In this document: positions 38,513-51,608 of the stretch, one piece after another
How positions within the stretch are numbered: the stretch's first letter is position 1
Layout of the letters: the number at the start of each line of letters is the position of its first letter
From: Chiloscyllium plagiosum
Taxonomy: Eukaryota
Length of the DNA: 64,000 bases
Direction: 5' to 3'
Assembly (NCBI RefSeq): GCF_004010195.1
Contig: NC_057728.1
Location: forward strand, 52,863,922-52,927,921
The notes under the pieces: generated by a model
What the model saw: only the letters and a program-made list of their open reading frames with translations
Databases searched by the model: none
Told to the model about the DNA's origin: nothing
Translations under genes and position numbers: made by a program

Positions 38513-39479
38513 ATAGGAGTTTCAGAGACTCTAATCACTCTAAGAGTTGGCTCTGAGGAGGCTGGATCAGTGTCAAGGACTCTGCACGTGTAAATAAAAG
38601 GTGACTTGGTGACAGGATACCAGCCGCTGTGGAATTATTTCAGTGGCAATGAGAGTGGGATTAATGATGTAACCCATGGAAAAGTGCCTACTGGCTGATG
38701 CCCAACTGGACTTCAAACAGGCAATACAACTCGTTTGATCATTGGAAAATGTGGAATGTTGAGCATATGAGTTGCAGAGTGCTCTGATGAAAGTGGTCAC
38801 CCTCGTCAGTCTGACTGAGCTTGGGGGACACCACTTGAGTGAAGGCAATTATATAGCCTCACTCGGGTCATATCCTGAGCAGAGAGACTCTAGGTCAGCC
38901 CACAGCAAAGCCCCAAAACAAAGCCAAACCTCAGCCAAACAGAATTTTTTTCAGGATCTGGGCCGGCAAACCATTACAGTTGCTGTTGGTATGCGGACTC
39001 AAGACAACAAGAGTCCCAGTAGACCTAAATTGAGAAAGAGATCTCACAGGATGGTATCCAGAGTGCAGACTCTGGAAAGTCCACGAATACATGTACAGAT
39101 ATAAGTATGTAATAATAATGGACCACAAGCCCCCGTTAGGACTACTTAAAGAGGAAAAGGCAGAGCTTCCCATAGCTTCAAGCCAAATTCAGCGATGGGC
39201 TCTAAAATTAAGTGCGTATAATTACAAGTTAAAACACCAACTAGGAGGTCGAGTAGCAAATGCGGATTCTAGAACTGCCTCCCTCTGGCAGATCCACCAC
39301 TAGTGGTACTGCCACTGAAAAGGTCCATAATGGTTTTAAATTTTCTGTACAGATTTCCAGTCACAGCTGAATATCAGATTTTCGATGCAGAAAGATCCAG
39401 CCCTGGCAAAACTGAACCAGTTGGTAGTGAGGGGGGATATCAAAGGGCTATCACAACCAGAACTGAAACCTTTTTAGAT

Positions 39480-40302
39480 AGGAAGATCCTGGGGAGTGTT
39501 GCTGAACAAAGAGACCTTGGAGTGCAGATCCATAGTTCCTTGAAATTGGAGTCACAGATAGACAGTGAAGAAGGTGTTTGGTATGCTTTCCTTTATTGGT
39601 TAGGGCAATGAATACAGCAGTTGGGAGGTCATGTTGTGGCTGTACAGGACATTGTTTGGGCCACTTTTGGAATATTATGTGCAATTTTGGTCTTCCTGCT
39701 AGAGGAAGGATGTTGTGAAACTTTAAAGGTTCAGAAAAGATTTACTAGGATGTTGCCAGGGTTGGAGGGTTTGAAGTATAGGGAGAACCTGAATAGACTG
39801 GGACTGTTTTCCCTGGAGCATCGGACGCTGAGGGGTCACCTTCTAGAGGTTTACAAAATCATGGGGGGCATGGATAAGATAAATAGACAAAGTCTTTTCC
39901 CTGGGGTGGAGAGTCCAAAACTGGAGGTTGTAGGTTTAAAGTGAGAAGGGAAAGATTTAAAAGGGATCTAAGGGACAACATTTTCACACAGAGGGTGGTG
40001 CGTGTATGGAATGAACTGCCAGAGGAAGTGGTGGAGGCTGGTACAATTACAACATTTAAAAGGCATCTGGATGGGTATGTGAATAGGAAGGGTTTATAGG
40101 AAGCTCTGCCTTTTCCTCTTTAAGTAGTCCTAACGGGAGCTTGTGGTCCATTATTATTACATACTTATATCTGTACATATATTCGTGGACTTTCCAGGGC
40201 TAAATGCTGATAAATGGGATTAGATTGATTTAGGATATTTAGTAGGCATGGATGAGTTGGACTGAAGGGTCTGTTTCCGTGCTTACATCTCTATGACTCT
40301 AA
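39480..40302 (+). mobile_element. CR1 3' fragment nested in Gypsy pol
   Basis: EQRDLGV..MLPGLEGL..tail. Confidence 0.9.
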
Positions 40303-40496
40303 GACTGTAGACCTGGAGAGACCAGATCACAGTAGAGGCTTTCATATTATTATGAGGAGCAAGAGTGATTGTCCTGAGCAAAGGCCACTGCCAGCTAGAG
40401 GCTGAACTCCACCAGAGTCATTCAGGAGTTTCCAAAATGAAGATGTTGGTGAGATGTTATGTTTGGTGGCCAGGATTGGATGCAGACATAGACGTG

Positions 40497-41272
40497 TTGC
40501 TATGAAGAGAGGTTGAGTAGGTTAGGTTTATTTTCACTAGAAAAAAGGAGATTGAGGGGGGACCTGATTGAGGTTTACAAAAACATGAGGGGTATAGACA
40601 GGGTGGATAGAGACAAGCTTTTTCCCAGGGTGAAAGATTCAATAATGAGAGGTCATGCTTTCAAGGTGAGAGGTGGAAAGTTTAAGGGGGATACACACGG
40701 CAACTACTTCACACAGAGGGTGGTGGGCATTTGGAACGCGTTGCCAGCAGAGGTAGTAGAGGCAGGCACAGTAGATTCATTTAAGATGCGTCTAGACAGA
40801 TGCATGAGTAGGTGGGGAGCAGAGGGATACAAATGCTTAGGAATTGACCAACAGGTTTAGACAGTACATTTGGATCAGCTCAGGCTTGGAGGGCCAAAGG
40901 GTCTGTTCCTGGGCTGTAAATTTTCTTTGTTCTTTGTAACATGACCTGTCAACTCTTGTACTCAATACCCCATCAATGAAGGAAAGCATGCCGTATGCCT
41001 TCTTGACCACTCTACTGACCTGCATTGCCACCTTCAGGGAACAATGGACGTGAACACTCAGATCTCTCTGAACATCAATTTTCTCCAGGTCCTTTCCATT
41101 TACTGTATAGTTGGCTCTTGAATTGCATCTTCCAAAATGCATCATCTTGCGTTTGCCTGGATTGAACTCCTTCTGCCATTTCTCTGCCCAACTCTCTGAT
41201 CTATTTATATTCTGCTGTATTCTCTGATAGTCCCCTTCACTATCTGCTACTCCATCAATCTTAGTGTCATCC
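40497..41272. mobile_element. Two convergent CR1 pieces (+40497-40937, -40938-41272) nested in the Gypsy integrase
   Basis: ORFs 40513-40860(+) and 40837-41145(-). Confidence 0.88.
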
Positions 41273-44200
41273 CTTGGATAGGAATGGCTGGGTAAAGCCT
41301 GGAATTAGTTTTACATCAACTATGAAGGTCCTTTCATGGGCTCAACATTCTTTAGTCATTGTGGATGCCCTCTCAAAGTGGCTGGACGAGTATAGAGTTC
41401 ATTCATCAAACACGAGGACGACAGTAGGTAAAATGCACGCATCTTTTGCAATACATGGACTCCTGCAAGTGTTGGTCACAGACGAAGGCCATCTTTTACC
41501 AGCAACGCATTTGAATATTTCCTAAAGTCAAATGGTATTCATCATATGAGGATAGCCCCATACCATCCATCATCCAAGAGCAGTCTTGGATGATGGATCC
41601 AAGAGCAGTCCAAATATTGAAGGCAGGCTCAAAGGAACAGCCTATAGCTTTACTAGATACCAAACTAATACCAAATAGGTTCCTATTTGATTATAAGACC
41701 ATCCCTCATGAAACTGAGGGATAGTTCCAACAGAGTTGTTAATGGGGAGAAAACTCCGCACCAGGTTAAATCTGACCTTCCCACCTCGGGGCAGGGTAAA
41801 ATAGCATCAGGAAAGCCAGTGACAGACACAAGACGCTGCTTTGCTTGAGAGACAATTTACTTCAGGGGACAAAGTTTGGTGTTGGAACCACGGGAATGGC
41901 CCTGCATGGGTAAGATACATAGTCAATGCAAGGTCAGGTCCAGTGACGTACAAAGTTGAGTAGGTGTGAAGGTCCTGAACAAGCATATGGACCATGTGAA
42001 AGCTGCAAACCCGCAACCGGTGCGGGAGCAGTACATGACCAACTACTTGTCAGCCTTTCTGACTGTTCCGGAAACTCCCTGTCTGTGAAGCATTGAAGAT
42101 ACCTCGGAATCTGAGATGGACAAGGCTGTTGCTGCCACCTCAACGCCTTTGCCACCTGAAGAAGAGAATGAATTTCTTCCGAGAGGCTCCAGGCATAAAA
42201 GGTGACCTACTATGACTTATACGCTACCTGTATCAGAGGCAGAGTTGGAGGAATCTGACACGGTGCTAACAAGCCCCAGAAACAGCTACAAAGAAAAGGA
42301 ACCAGCTGATGTCCTCAGAGGGGGAGGGATGTAGTGATTGTAACAAGGTCAGCCAGCTTTGACCTTGATTCGGGCTATTAATCTGAACAAATCAGGGAGC
42401 CCTGGCTGATATATATAAATGGGAGTGTCAGAGGTTCTGTTCATTTTAAGAGCTGGCTCTGAGGAAGATGGATCAGTGTCAAGTACTATGCATGTGTAAG
42501 TAATGGATGACTTGGAGACGGCATACTGGCCTCGGTGGAGTTATTTCAGAAGTTTTCCACTATCTTACTGAAAATAGAGGAAGACGCAAGAGGCCTATTT
42601 CTGTCCCATGTTTCATTATATTCTTATGAAATCTGCTATGGTCCCTGTAATCAGAAATCATACCTCTGACAAAATGGCTGCATCATCCTGATGGGAGAGC
42701 CTCAGGTTTGGCTTTGAATCAGTTGCATTCCGGAACCAGCAGCTGGAAGGCCCTCCTTCTTACAGTTAGAGTCCCAATCTGAAAATGATGTCATATTTCA
42801 GTAAAAACTGAGGTACTAAAATTCACCCATAATGTCTTCAATGTCCATTGACCTCTTCCTTCATCCATTCCTACCACTGAAATGATTTAATCATGAAGGA
42901 TATTCCCTTCTCTTTTCCCTATCTCTCCTGACAGAGAGCCTCTGACAGCAGGTGATAATGGTGGGCAAGAACACATCGGTTCCTCTGGCCCCTTGCTGCA
43001 GGGACTATTGTCTTTTGCAAGCTGATTGTCAGGGAGAAGAGGAGCCAGAGGCCATGGCAAGGGCCAAGGAAATAAACAGAAGGGCAGGACTTGTGATTAG
43101 GAAGGCTCTGATGGTGGTTACAAAAACAGGAAGGAGAGTTGGAGCAGTTACACAAATGCTGGATACCTAGCCACACCACCTGGCAGCATCATTGAGCCAA
43201 AGAGCAGAGCCATTAGCCATGTAGGCCACAATCACTTATGGTAGCTGGAGAGCTGAAAGTTAATGGGGGAATTGGCCAACATCTCTAAGAGACCTAGGTG
43301 GGCCAACTAGGCAAAAGGTCTGGGTTTGAGTGGCCACAAGGAGATAACAAGCTCCGCTGTGTGTAAGTGGCAAGGTAATTGTCATTATGTGAGCATCATG
43401 AATCAAAATATGACACCAAGCTATAGGTGACATAAGAGATATTGAACCGAGGGCCCTGCCTGCCCTTTCAATCTGGAGTAAGGGATCTAATAGCACTATT
43501 TGAAGGACAGCAGGAGAGTTTTGGCTAATCTTTATTTCTAAGCCAGTCAGTTGATCTGTTTGTTTATCTTATGGCTGTGGGAGATTACTGTGAAAAATGT
43601 TGTGATATTTCTTATACTACAACAATGACTACAGTTCAAGAGCACTTTGAATAAAGTGCTTAAAGAGATCTGGTATTTCAAGTCTTTTTATTAAAGTCTG
43701 TCTTTGCTGTGATAAAATGCAGATAATGCATGATATCCACAATCAGGATCAAATTATTGTAACAACTCACGATTTTGAGTGTAAGGAAAATCAGGACTTG
43801 TAATTATATAACACCTTTGACAACTTCTGGAATTCCTGAAATTCATACAGACAACAAAGTATTTTTAAATTGTAGTCACTGTTTGTAACATAGGTCAATA
43901 TGTGCACAAGATTCCACAAACTGCAATGTTCTAATGACCAGATAATCCTTTAGTGATATTGATTGAGAGATAAAAAATGGTCTAGACACCACAGAGTGCT
44001 AGCGGATGTGTTGTATCCACCTCAGAGACCAGCTGGGGCCCTCGGTCTAATTTCTTATTTGAAGATTGCCTCTCTGATAAGGTCAGATAACTCACCCTCA
44101 GATTTACGTATGTGGAAAGCAGGAAAGTTCAGCTCTAAACTTTCAGGTTTTCTTTTATATGCTGGGATTGTCAGTGTTCTTGAGGTAGGTCGGCCAGGAG

Positions 44201-46655
44201 GTTTTGAGTTCAAGTACAATTCTACGACTTGAGCAGAATAGCTCAACTATTAATTCACTGCTGTACTGGATGAATGGTGAGCTGAAAGAGCCGTCATTCT
44301 GTCTGCCTTTTCAGGTGGCTGGCGAAGTTCCCGCAGTATCATTTCACAGACCAGAAACTCACCCAGTGTCCTGGCATTTATCTCTCAATGGAAGCGCTAA
44401 GAAACAAGTTATCTTATCAATTGGCTGCTGGACTTACCCACATTACAAGTAAACACGGTTCAAAAATGTCATTCCTTCAATAGTCAGTGTGAACTTTGTG
44501 CAACCATCTGAGAAGATCTGAATGGCACCTCTGGAATGTCAGCACTACTTTTAAGGTCACACATTGGGCTAGGACTGGACCCCATTACATTTTGACTCAG
44601 ATACTATTAAGTGCTATCCAATTATAGTTGATAACTAGTGGGTTATGCTATGCTACTATGTTGTCTTAGGTTAGGGAGGGTACACTGCTGGAATGTACTG
44701 GCTGGCTAATTTGATTGCAGCCCAATGTTAAGAATTCAGCAGTACCAGGTCTCATTCGTGTCATGTGCCACCGTCAAAGCAAGCTCCTTGTGAGGTTCAG
44801 GCTCACTGCCTCCCAGTTGGATTGAATTCTTTCCAGCGATTTGCCCAAACAACAGCTGTTCCCCTCTGTCAAGTGATACTTCTATAATTTGTTGTATGTG
44901 GATTCTAACATGAAAATCTCTCTATCAGCCTGCCTCCATTCCACACCATCCCTTCCCCCACAACGTTCAGCTCAGCTTGAAGGCACCTATGGTCGTGGGA
45001 GGTCTGTGGCTTCTCCCCAGTGTCACAGCTGCTGCAGAGTGGGACACAGATGAATAAGAAAAATGAAAGAGTATATACATGAAAAAAATGACTGGAAAAC
45101 ATCACCGTGAATTACAAAGGGTATGATAAGTTTTAGCAAAGAAATATCAAACAACTCCAGTTGATAGATGCCTGCTGTTCCGCTACAAACAATCTGGAGA
45201 ATTGATCAAAATGAGGAAATTCTTTCAAATAACAGTCACAGTTAAAAGGGCACCAGCATGTAGAGTGAATCCAAAGCTCCCCAATTCAAACAAAAATGCT
45301 ATTCTGCCTTCTAGGGTGCCCTAGTAGAAGCCAGTGCACATTGTTTATGTGTATATTTGTAAGAAAAGTCATACATTATTGGAATTAGGTCCAGTGTGCT
45401 CATTTTTACTGACAAGTACCTGAAGACTGAGATGAGAACCAGCAGTGCCAGAATCTGTTCAGGTTGGCACTGCTCCCCATTTCTACCACATCAATAAGCA
45501 ATTCTAATATTCAACAACTGTGGACACACAGCAATAAGACTGTGGGAGCACAAAGTTAACCCTGACTGGATTCCAGTTATGAATTCCAGTATAATATTGG
45601 GGTCGTGGTAACCAATAATCTCCTGGCTGGGTTGTTCTGCTTACTTAACCTTGATAATGCAAGGAAGTAAACAATTCGTTCAGATGAATAGAAATCACCA
45701 CTGTTGAGTTTCAGGATAGGGTGTGTATGCCTGGAAACTGCTCCCCAGCAGGATGTTATTGTACTGATGTTCAACCACCAATGTGAAAGGAAAGCAGTTT
45801 TTTTTAAAACTCTGTTTCTTTACAGCTGGATTATTCCCAAACGCCATCTGTGACTTCTGCAGTAGTAAAACAGAATTATAAAACAAAAATTCACTATAAT
45901 GTTATTTGGAAAATAGAGTTGAGTTAGGTCTGACACGTCAAAGCTGTAGGATCCTTGGAATACCCCAGGAAATCCCAGGTATTAAATCAACTGATGAGAT
46001 TCAAAGATTGATAGTCTAATTTCTATTTCAGTAAGACGATATAAAGTCCTAAGAAACGTGTTGAGTTATTTCATAAACACAAGTTCTTTAACTTCCTACT
46101 TAGAAATTGTATTTATGAATTTGTCACATTGTACACAGAGAAAACATTCATAATTTCTTCTATAAGGGAGGGAAGACATATTTTTTAGCACTGAATGTGC
46201 TTAATAATGAAGAAGGCTGGATTCCTTGAACGCAAATATTTGGATAGTTTGAAACATAGTTTGATTTTTAGGAGGAGTGGGAACAAGGATAGATTATTCA
46301 TCCCCACAAACCAGTTTCATTATATTACTAGATTATAGCTCATCTATCCCACCAATGTATTCCCCTGGTTTTGTACATTGATCCCCTTACACAAAAAAAT
46401 CTATCCATCAGTCTTGAAGCCTATGATTGTTCCTCAGCATCTATAGCCTTTTAGGTGAGTCAGTTCCACATTTACACTGCACTGTGTGCAAACAAAATGC
46501 TCTTCGATTTCTCTGTTGATTAACTACGATGTCCTATCACTCTTAACTGTTCTATCGGAGTAAATCATTTCTCTCTGTCAACTCTATCAAAACCAATTTA
46601 AACGCCTTCATTAGTCAAATTAGGCTACAGTCTCCAAGACTTGAGGGAACACAAA

Positions 46656-46724
46656 TGTCGATTATCCTTCTCCTTTGATGCTGCCTGACCTGCTGCGCTT
46701 TTCCAGCAACACATTTTTAAGCTC
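46656..46724 (+). mobile_element. 69-bp Penelope-like terminal fragment
   Basis: TGTCGATT..GATGCTGCCTGACCTGCTGCGCTTTTCCAGC; TSD GGAACACAAA at 46646 and 46725. Confidence 0.8.
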
Positions 46725-48525
46725 GGAACACAAACCAAGCCAACATTTGTAAACTATTCTTTGTTATTTGAGAATTATATTGATAAACGATACAGTGGGT
46801 GGAAAATAGCTTGGAACATAGTTCCAAAGGAAATTCTGCAAGTCAGATTCCTTTCTGGTCCTGAACACTAACAGGGAGGCAACCCATCCTGGAAATTGAT
46901 TGAACTTTGTCAATGGGAAGCAGTTGTTTTGGCTAGCCTAGTAAAGGGTGTATTCGTGTTTCCAGATTATCTTAAGAAAATTTATACAGTGGCTGCTGGG
47001 CTTGGACTCTGAAAATGTTTCTATCTTTAAAGCTAAATCTCAGAAAGTTGGTTGTGCAAATGTAAACCTGACACTGATGTGTCACTTTGGTTCAATTGGC
47101 TTGGCTTTCTTATTCACTCCTGAGTCAAGAGGTCATGCATTCAAGTTCAATGCTCAAGCAGGTTGACAAAGTAGATGTAGAACCAATGTTTCCCCTGTAG
47201 GGCAATCTTGAACAATTGGTCATAGTTTTAGGTGAATGAATGGCAAATTTAAAACAGAGATATTCAGAGATTACTTTCTTCAAGTGGTCAGGAATGTGGG
47301 GAATTCACTACCCAAGTATATGGTGGATGCTGGGACACTGAACACATTTATGGAAGAGATAGATTTTTAATTAGTAATGGGTTAAAGGGTTATGAACAAT
47401 GGACACGATGCTGGTTTTGAGACTGAGATGAGATCAGCCATGATCCTATTAAATAGCAGATTAGTATGAATTGCATGTCCTTCTCTTAGTTGTTATGTTA
47501 TTAAAACTTCGGTGTGTGATCTAGATGGGCCGATACCTTGTTGTCATGCTGATGGGATGCTGCATTATCAGAGGCAGCTTCCTCCATAAGAGATATGAAA
47601 CCGATGTCTCTGTACCTTGATTGTCAGACAGGTGTTAACATCCAACGGCCTTACTTGAAGCAGATGTACATGTCTTTTCCAGATCTCTTGGCCAATGAAC
47701 ATTGGCAAAAATATTTTCGGCCATTCACCTCACGGTGGAATTTGAGATATGTTTGATCAATACACAAGTTAGCCACTGAATTAGAATACAATTAGAGGTG
47801 TTGAGAAAGATCCTGAATTTGTGTGATAGGGTAAAATATAGGAAAGCGCACTGTCAATTCATTTTACACCACTCTGAAGTTAAGTAACAGAATTAAAACT
47901 AACAATTCGTCAATTCGTTACCTCCATTTTACAATTTCACCCAAAGGTATGATTTCTCCTACTTTGCCTTGGAGATCTGAGAAACATGAAGAAATATTTA
48001 ACAAATATAAGTTTCTTTTTAACATAATATTGCAAATTATGATCAGTTGGAAAATGCTAGAATTTAACATTTTCAATTTTTTAATATTGCTGATAAATAC
48101 ATTTTATCACTCTATGTGAATGCCCACAGCATTCCAGACAAGGTCATGACTTATGGAGTCATACAGTCAGAGAGATATACAGCACGGAAACAGACCCTTT
48201 GGTCCAACTTGTTCATGCTGACCAGATATCTCAACCCAATCTAGTCCCACCTGCCAGCACCCGGCCCACATCCCTCCAAACCCTCCCTATTCATATACCC
48301 ATCCAGATGCCTTTTAAATGTTGCAATTGTACCAGCCTCCACCACTTTCTCTGGCAGCTCAACCATACATGTATCACCCTCTGTGTTAAAAGTTGCCCCT
48401 TAGGTCTCTTTCATATCTTTCCCTCTCAACCTAAACCTATACCCTCTAGTTCTGGACTCCCCCACCCCCAGGGAAGAGACTTTGTCTATTTATCCTATCC
48501 ATGCCTCTCATGATTTTATAAACCC

Positions 48526-51157
48526 TTTGCTCGTGTGGTTAGGGAGGGTTTAAACTAGTTTAGCGGGGAGGTGGGAATCAGAGTCACATATCTGAGAGGG
48601 GGGCATTTGCAGATGGGGCAGTGACAGGATGTAATAAATCTATCAGAACAGTTTCTCATGCCATGAAACAAAGGGATCGGTTAAAATGTGTCTGCTTTAA
48701 TGCAAGGAGTGTCAGAAATAAGAGTGATGAACTTAGAGCTTGGATCAGTACTTGGGGCTATGATGTTGTGGCCATAATGGAGATGTGGGTTACACAGGGG
48801 CAGGAATGGATCCTTGATGTCCCAGGGTTTAGAATGTTTAAAAAGAACAGGGAGGGTGGAAAAAGAGGAGTGGGTGTAGCATTACTAATCAGAGAGTGCA
48901 TCACAACTACAGAAACGAAGGTTGTTGAGGAAGGTTTGTCTCCTGAGTCAGTACGGGTGGAAGTTAGGAACAGTCCCGTCATTGGGGGTTTTCTACAGAC
49001 TCCGAATAGCAATAGAGAGATTGAAGAACTCATGGGTGGGCAGAGTTCTGGAAAAATGCAGATGTAGCAGAATTGTTGTTATGGGTGATTTCAACTTTCC
49101 CAATATCGACTGGAACCTCCTTAGTGCAAATGGTTTGGATGGAGCCGTTTTTGTCAGGTGTGTTCAGGAGGGTTTCCTTACTCAGTATGTAGATAGACTG
49201 ACGAGGGGAGAGGCCATTTTGGATTTGGTGCTCGGCAATGAGTCAGGACAGCTGTCCGTTCTCGCGGTGGGAGAACACTTTGGTGACAGTGATCACAACT
49301 ATGTCACATTTAGCATAGCCTTGGAGAGGGAAAGGAACAGTTACCAAGGGAAGATATTTAATTGGAGAAAAGGAAATTATGATGCTATCAACCAGGAGTT
49401 GGGAAGTACAGACTGGGAGCAATTGTTCCACAGAAAGAGCACAGCAGACATGTGAGACTGTTTAAGGAGCAGTCGTTGCGAATGATGCACGAATTTGTTC
49501 CTCTGAGACAGGTAAGAAGGGGTAAGATTAAGGAACCTTGGATGACGAGAACAGAGGAGCTTCTCGTCAAAAGGAAGAAGGCAGCTTATGTAAGGTGGAG
49601 GTAGCAAGGATCGAGCACAGCTTTAGAGGATTACAGGCTATCTAGAAAGGAGCTCAGAATTGGACTGAGGAGAGCCAGGAGGGGGCACGGAAAAGGCTTG
49701 TCAAGAAGTATTAGGGAGAACCCAAAGGCATTTTACTCATACATGAGGAATAAGAGAATGATCAGGATAAGGTAGGGCTGGTCAGGGATAGGAAGAAAAC
49801 TTGTGTGTAGAGTCTGAGCAGATAGGGGAAGCCCTAAAAGAATTTTTTACTTCAGGTTTCACTAAGGAAAGGGACCTTGTTGTGAATGTGAACTTTGAGG
49901 AGCTGGGATACAGGCTTGACAAGATCAAGATTGATGAAGTTGATGTGCTGGAAATTTTGGCAAACATTAAGATTGATAAGTCCCCAGGGCCAGACCAGAT
50001 TTATCCCAGGCTGCTGCAGGAAGCGAGAAAGGAGGTTGCTAAGCCACTGGTGAAGATCTTTGCCTCCTCACATGCCATGGGATTTGTATCAGAGGATGGA
50101 AGGAGGCGAATGTTGTTGCACTTTTCAAGAAGTGTAATAGGGAAATCCCTGGCAATTACAGACCAGTCAGTCTTACGTCTGTGGTCAGCAAAGTTTTGGA
50201 AAGAATTCTGAGGGATAGGACTTATGACTATTTCGAAAAGTATAGCGTGATTAAAGGTAGTCAGCATGGCTTTGTGAGGGGCAAGTCATGCCTCACAAAT
50301 CTTATTGCGTTCTTTGAGGAGGTGACAAGACAGGTCGATGAAGGTCAAGCAGTGGATGTGTGCGTATGGATTTCAGCAAGGCATTTGATAAGGTTCCCCA
50401 TGTAGGAAGTATGGGATACAGGAAGATTTGGCTATCTGGATTCAGAATTGGTTGGCTGCCAGAAGGCAGAGAGTGGTTGTTGATGGAAAGTATTCTGCCT
50501 GGAGGTCAGTGTTGAGTGGGGTCCCGCAAGGTTCTGTTCTTGGGCCTCTGCTCTTTGTAGTTTTTATAAATGACTTGGATGAGGAGGTTGAGGGGTGAGT
50601 TAGTAAATTTGCAGATGACACAAAGGTTGGAGGTGCCATTGACAGCATCAAGGGCTATTGCAGGCTGCAGCGCGACATAGACGGGATGCAGAGCTGGGCT
50701 GAGAAATGGCAGATGGAGTTCAACCTGGATAAATGTGAAGTGTTACATTTTGGAAGGTCAAAATCGAATGATGAATATAGGATTAAAGACAGGATTCTTG
50801 ACAGTGTGGAGGAACAGAGGGATCTTGGTGTACATAGATCCCTCAATGTTGCCACCCAAGTGGATAGGGTTGTTAAGAAAGCATATGGTGTTTTAGCTTT
50901 CATTAACAGGGGGATCGAATTTAAGAGGGAGGTTCTTCCCGCAGAGAGTTGTGAATGCATGGAATGCGTTGCCAGCGGTGGTGGGGGAAGCAGAGTCATT
51001 AGGGACATTTAAGTGACTGCTGGACATGCACATGGATAGCAGTGAATTGAAGGGTGAGTAGGTTAAGTTATTTTATTTTACATTAGTATTAATCCTTGGC
51101 ATAACATTGTGGGCCAAAGGGTCTGTTCTGTGTACTTTTCTATGTTCTATGTTCTCT
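48526..51157 (+). mobile_element. CR1 of a second subfamily (ORF1 end plus disrupted APE-RT ORF2) inserted antisense into the former
   Basis: VREGLN* then CVCFNARSV, MGDFNFPNIDW, GDSDHN, FADDTK; (ATGTTCT)n tail; deletion near 50925. Confidence 0.92.
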
Positions 51158-51406
51158 ATAAGGAGCCTCTATTGGAGCCTCCAATGCTCCAGGGAAAACA
51201 GCCCCAGCTTATTCAGCCTCTCCCTATAACTCAAATTCTCCAACCCTGGCAACATCCTTGTAAATCTATTTTGAATCCTTTCAAGTTTTACAACATCTTT
51301 CTGACAGGAAGGAGACCAAATCGCATGCAATATTTGAAAAGTGGCTGAACCAATGTCCTACACAGCCGCAACTCCTATACTCAATACTCTGACCAATAAA
51401 GGAAAG

Positions 51407-51608
51407 TTAAAAATCACACAACACCAGGTTATAGACCAACAGGTTTAATTGGAAGCATGAGCTCTCGGAGCGCCGCTACTGTCCATAACCACCTGGTGAA
51501 GGAGCAGCGCTCCAAAAGCTTGTGCTTCCAATTAAACCTGTTGGACTATAACCTGGTGTTGTGTGATTTTTAACTTTGTAACCCCAGTCCAACACCAGCA
51601 TCTCAAAA
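51407..51608 (+). mobile_element. Fold-back insertion of a second Penelope-like family with decayed hammerhead
   Basis: Arms ~51403-51472 and 51507-51577, ~31-nt tail; CTGGTGA-A-GGAGC-AGC-GCTCC-AAAAGCT; TSD CAATAAAGGAAAG at 51394 and 51609. Confidence 0.8.

Larger units (their letters stand above)
38189..42548 (+). mobile_element. Degenerate, internally deleted Gypsy/Ty3 (Mag-like) LTR retrotransposon
   Basis: LTRs 38189-38642 and 42330-42548 (TG..CA), TSD GAAGT, PBS-like TGGCAATGAG, PPT AGAGGGGGAGGGA; RNase H remnant DHKPPLGLL..IQRWAL..NAD; integrase remnants HSGVSKMK..VWWPGLD and IVDALSKW..LVTD. Confidence 0.92.

Noticed and set aside
48526..51157. Active autonomous CR1
   Set aside because: Multiple stops and frameshifts, and a deletion in the C-terminal region.
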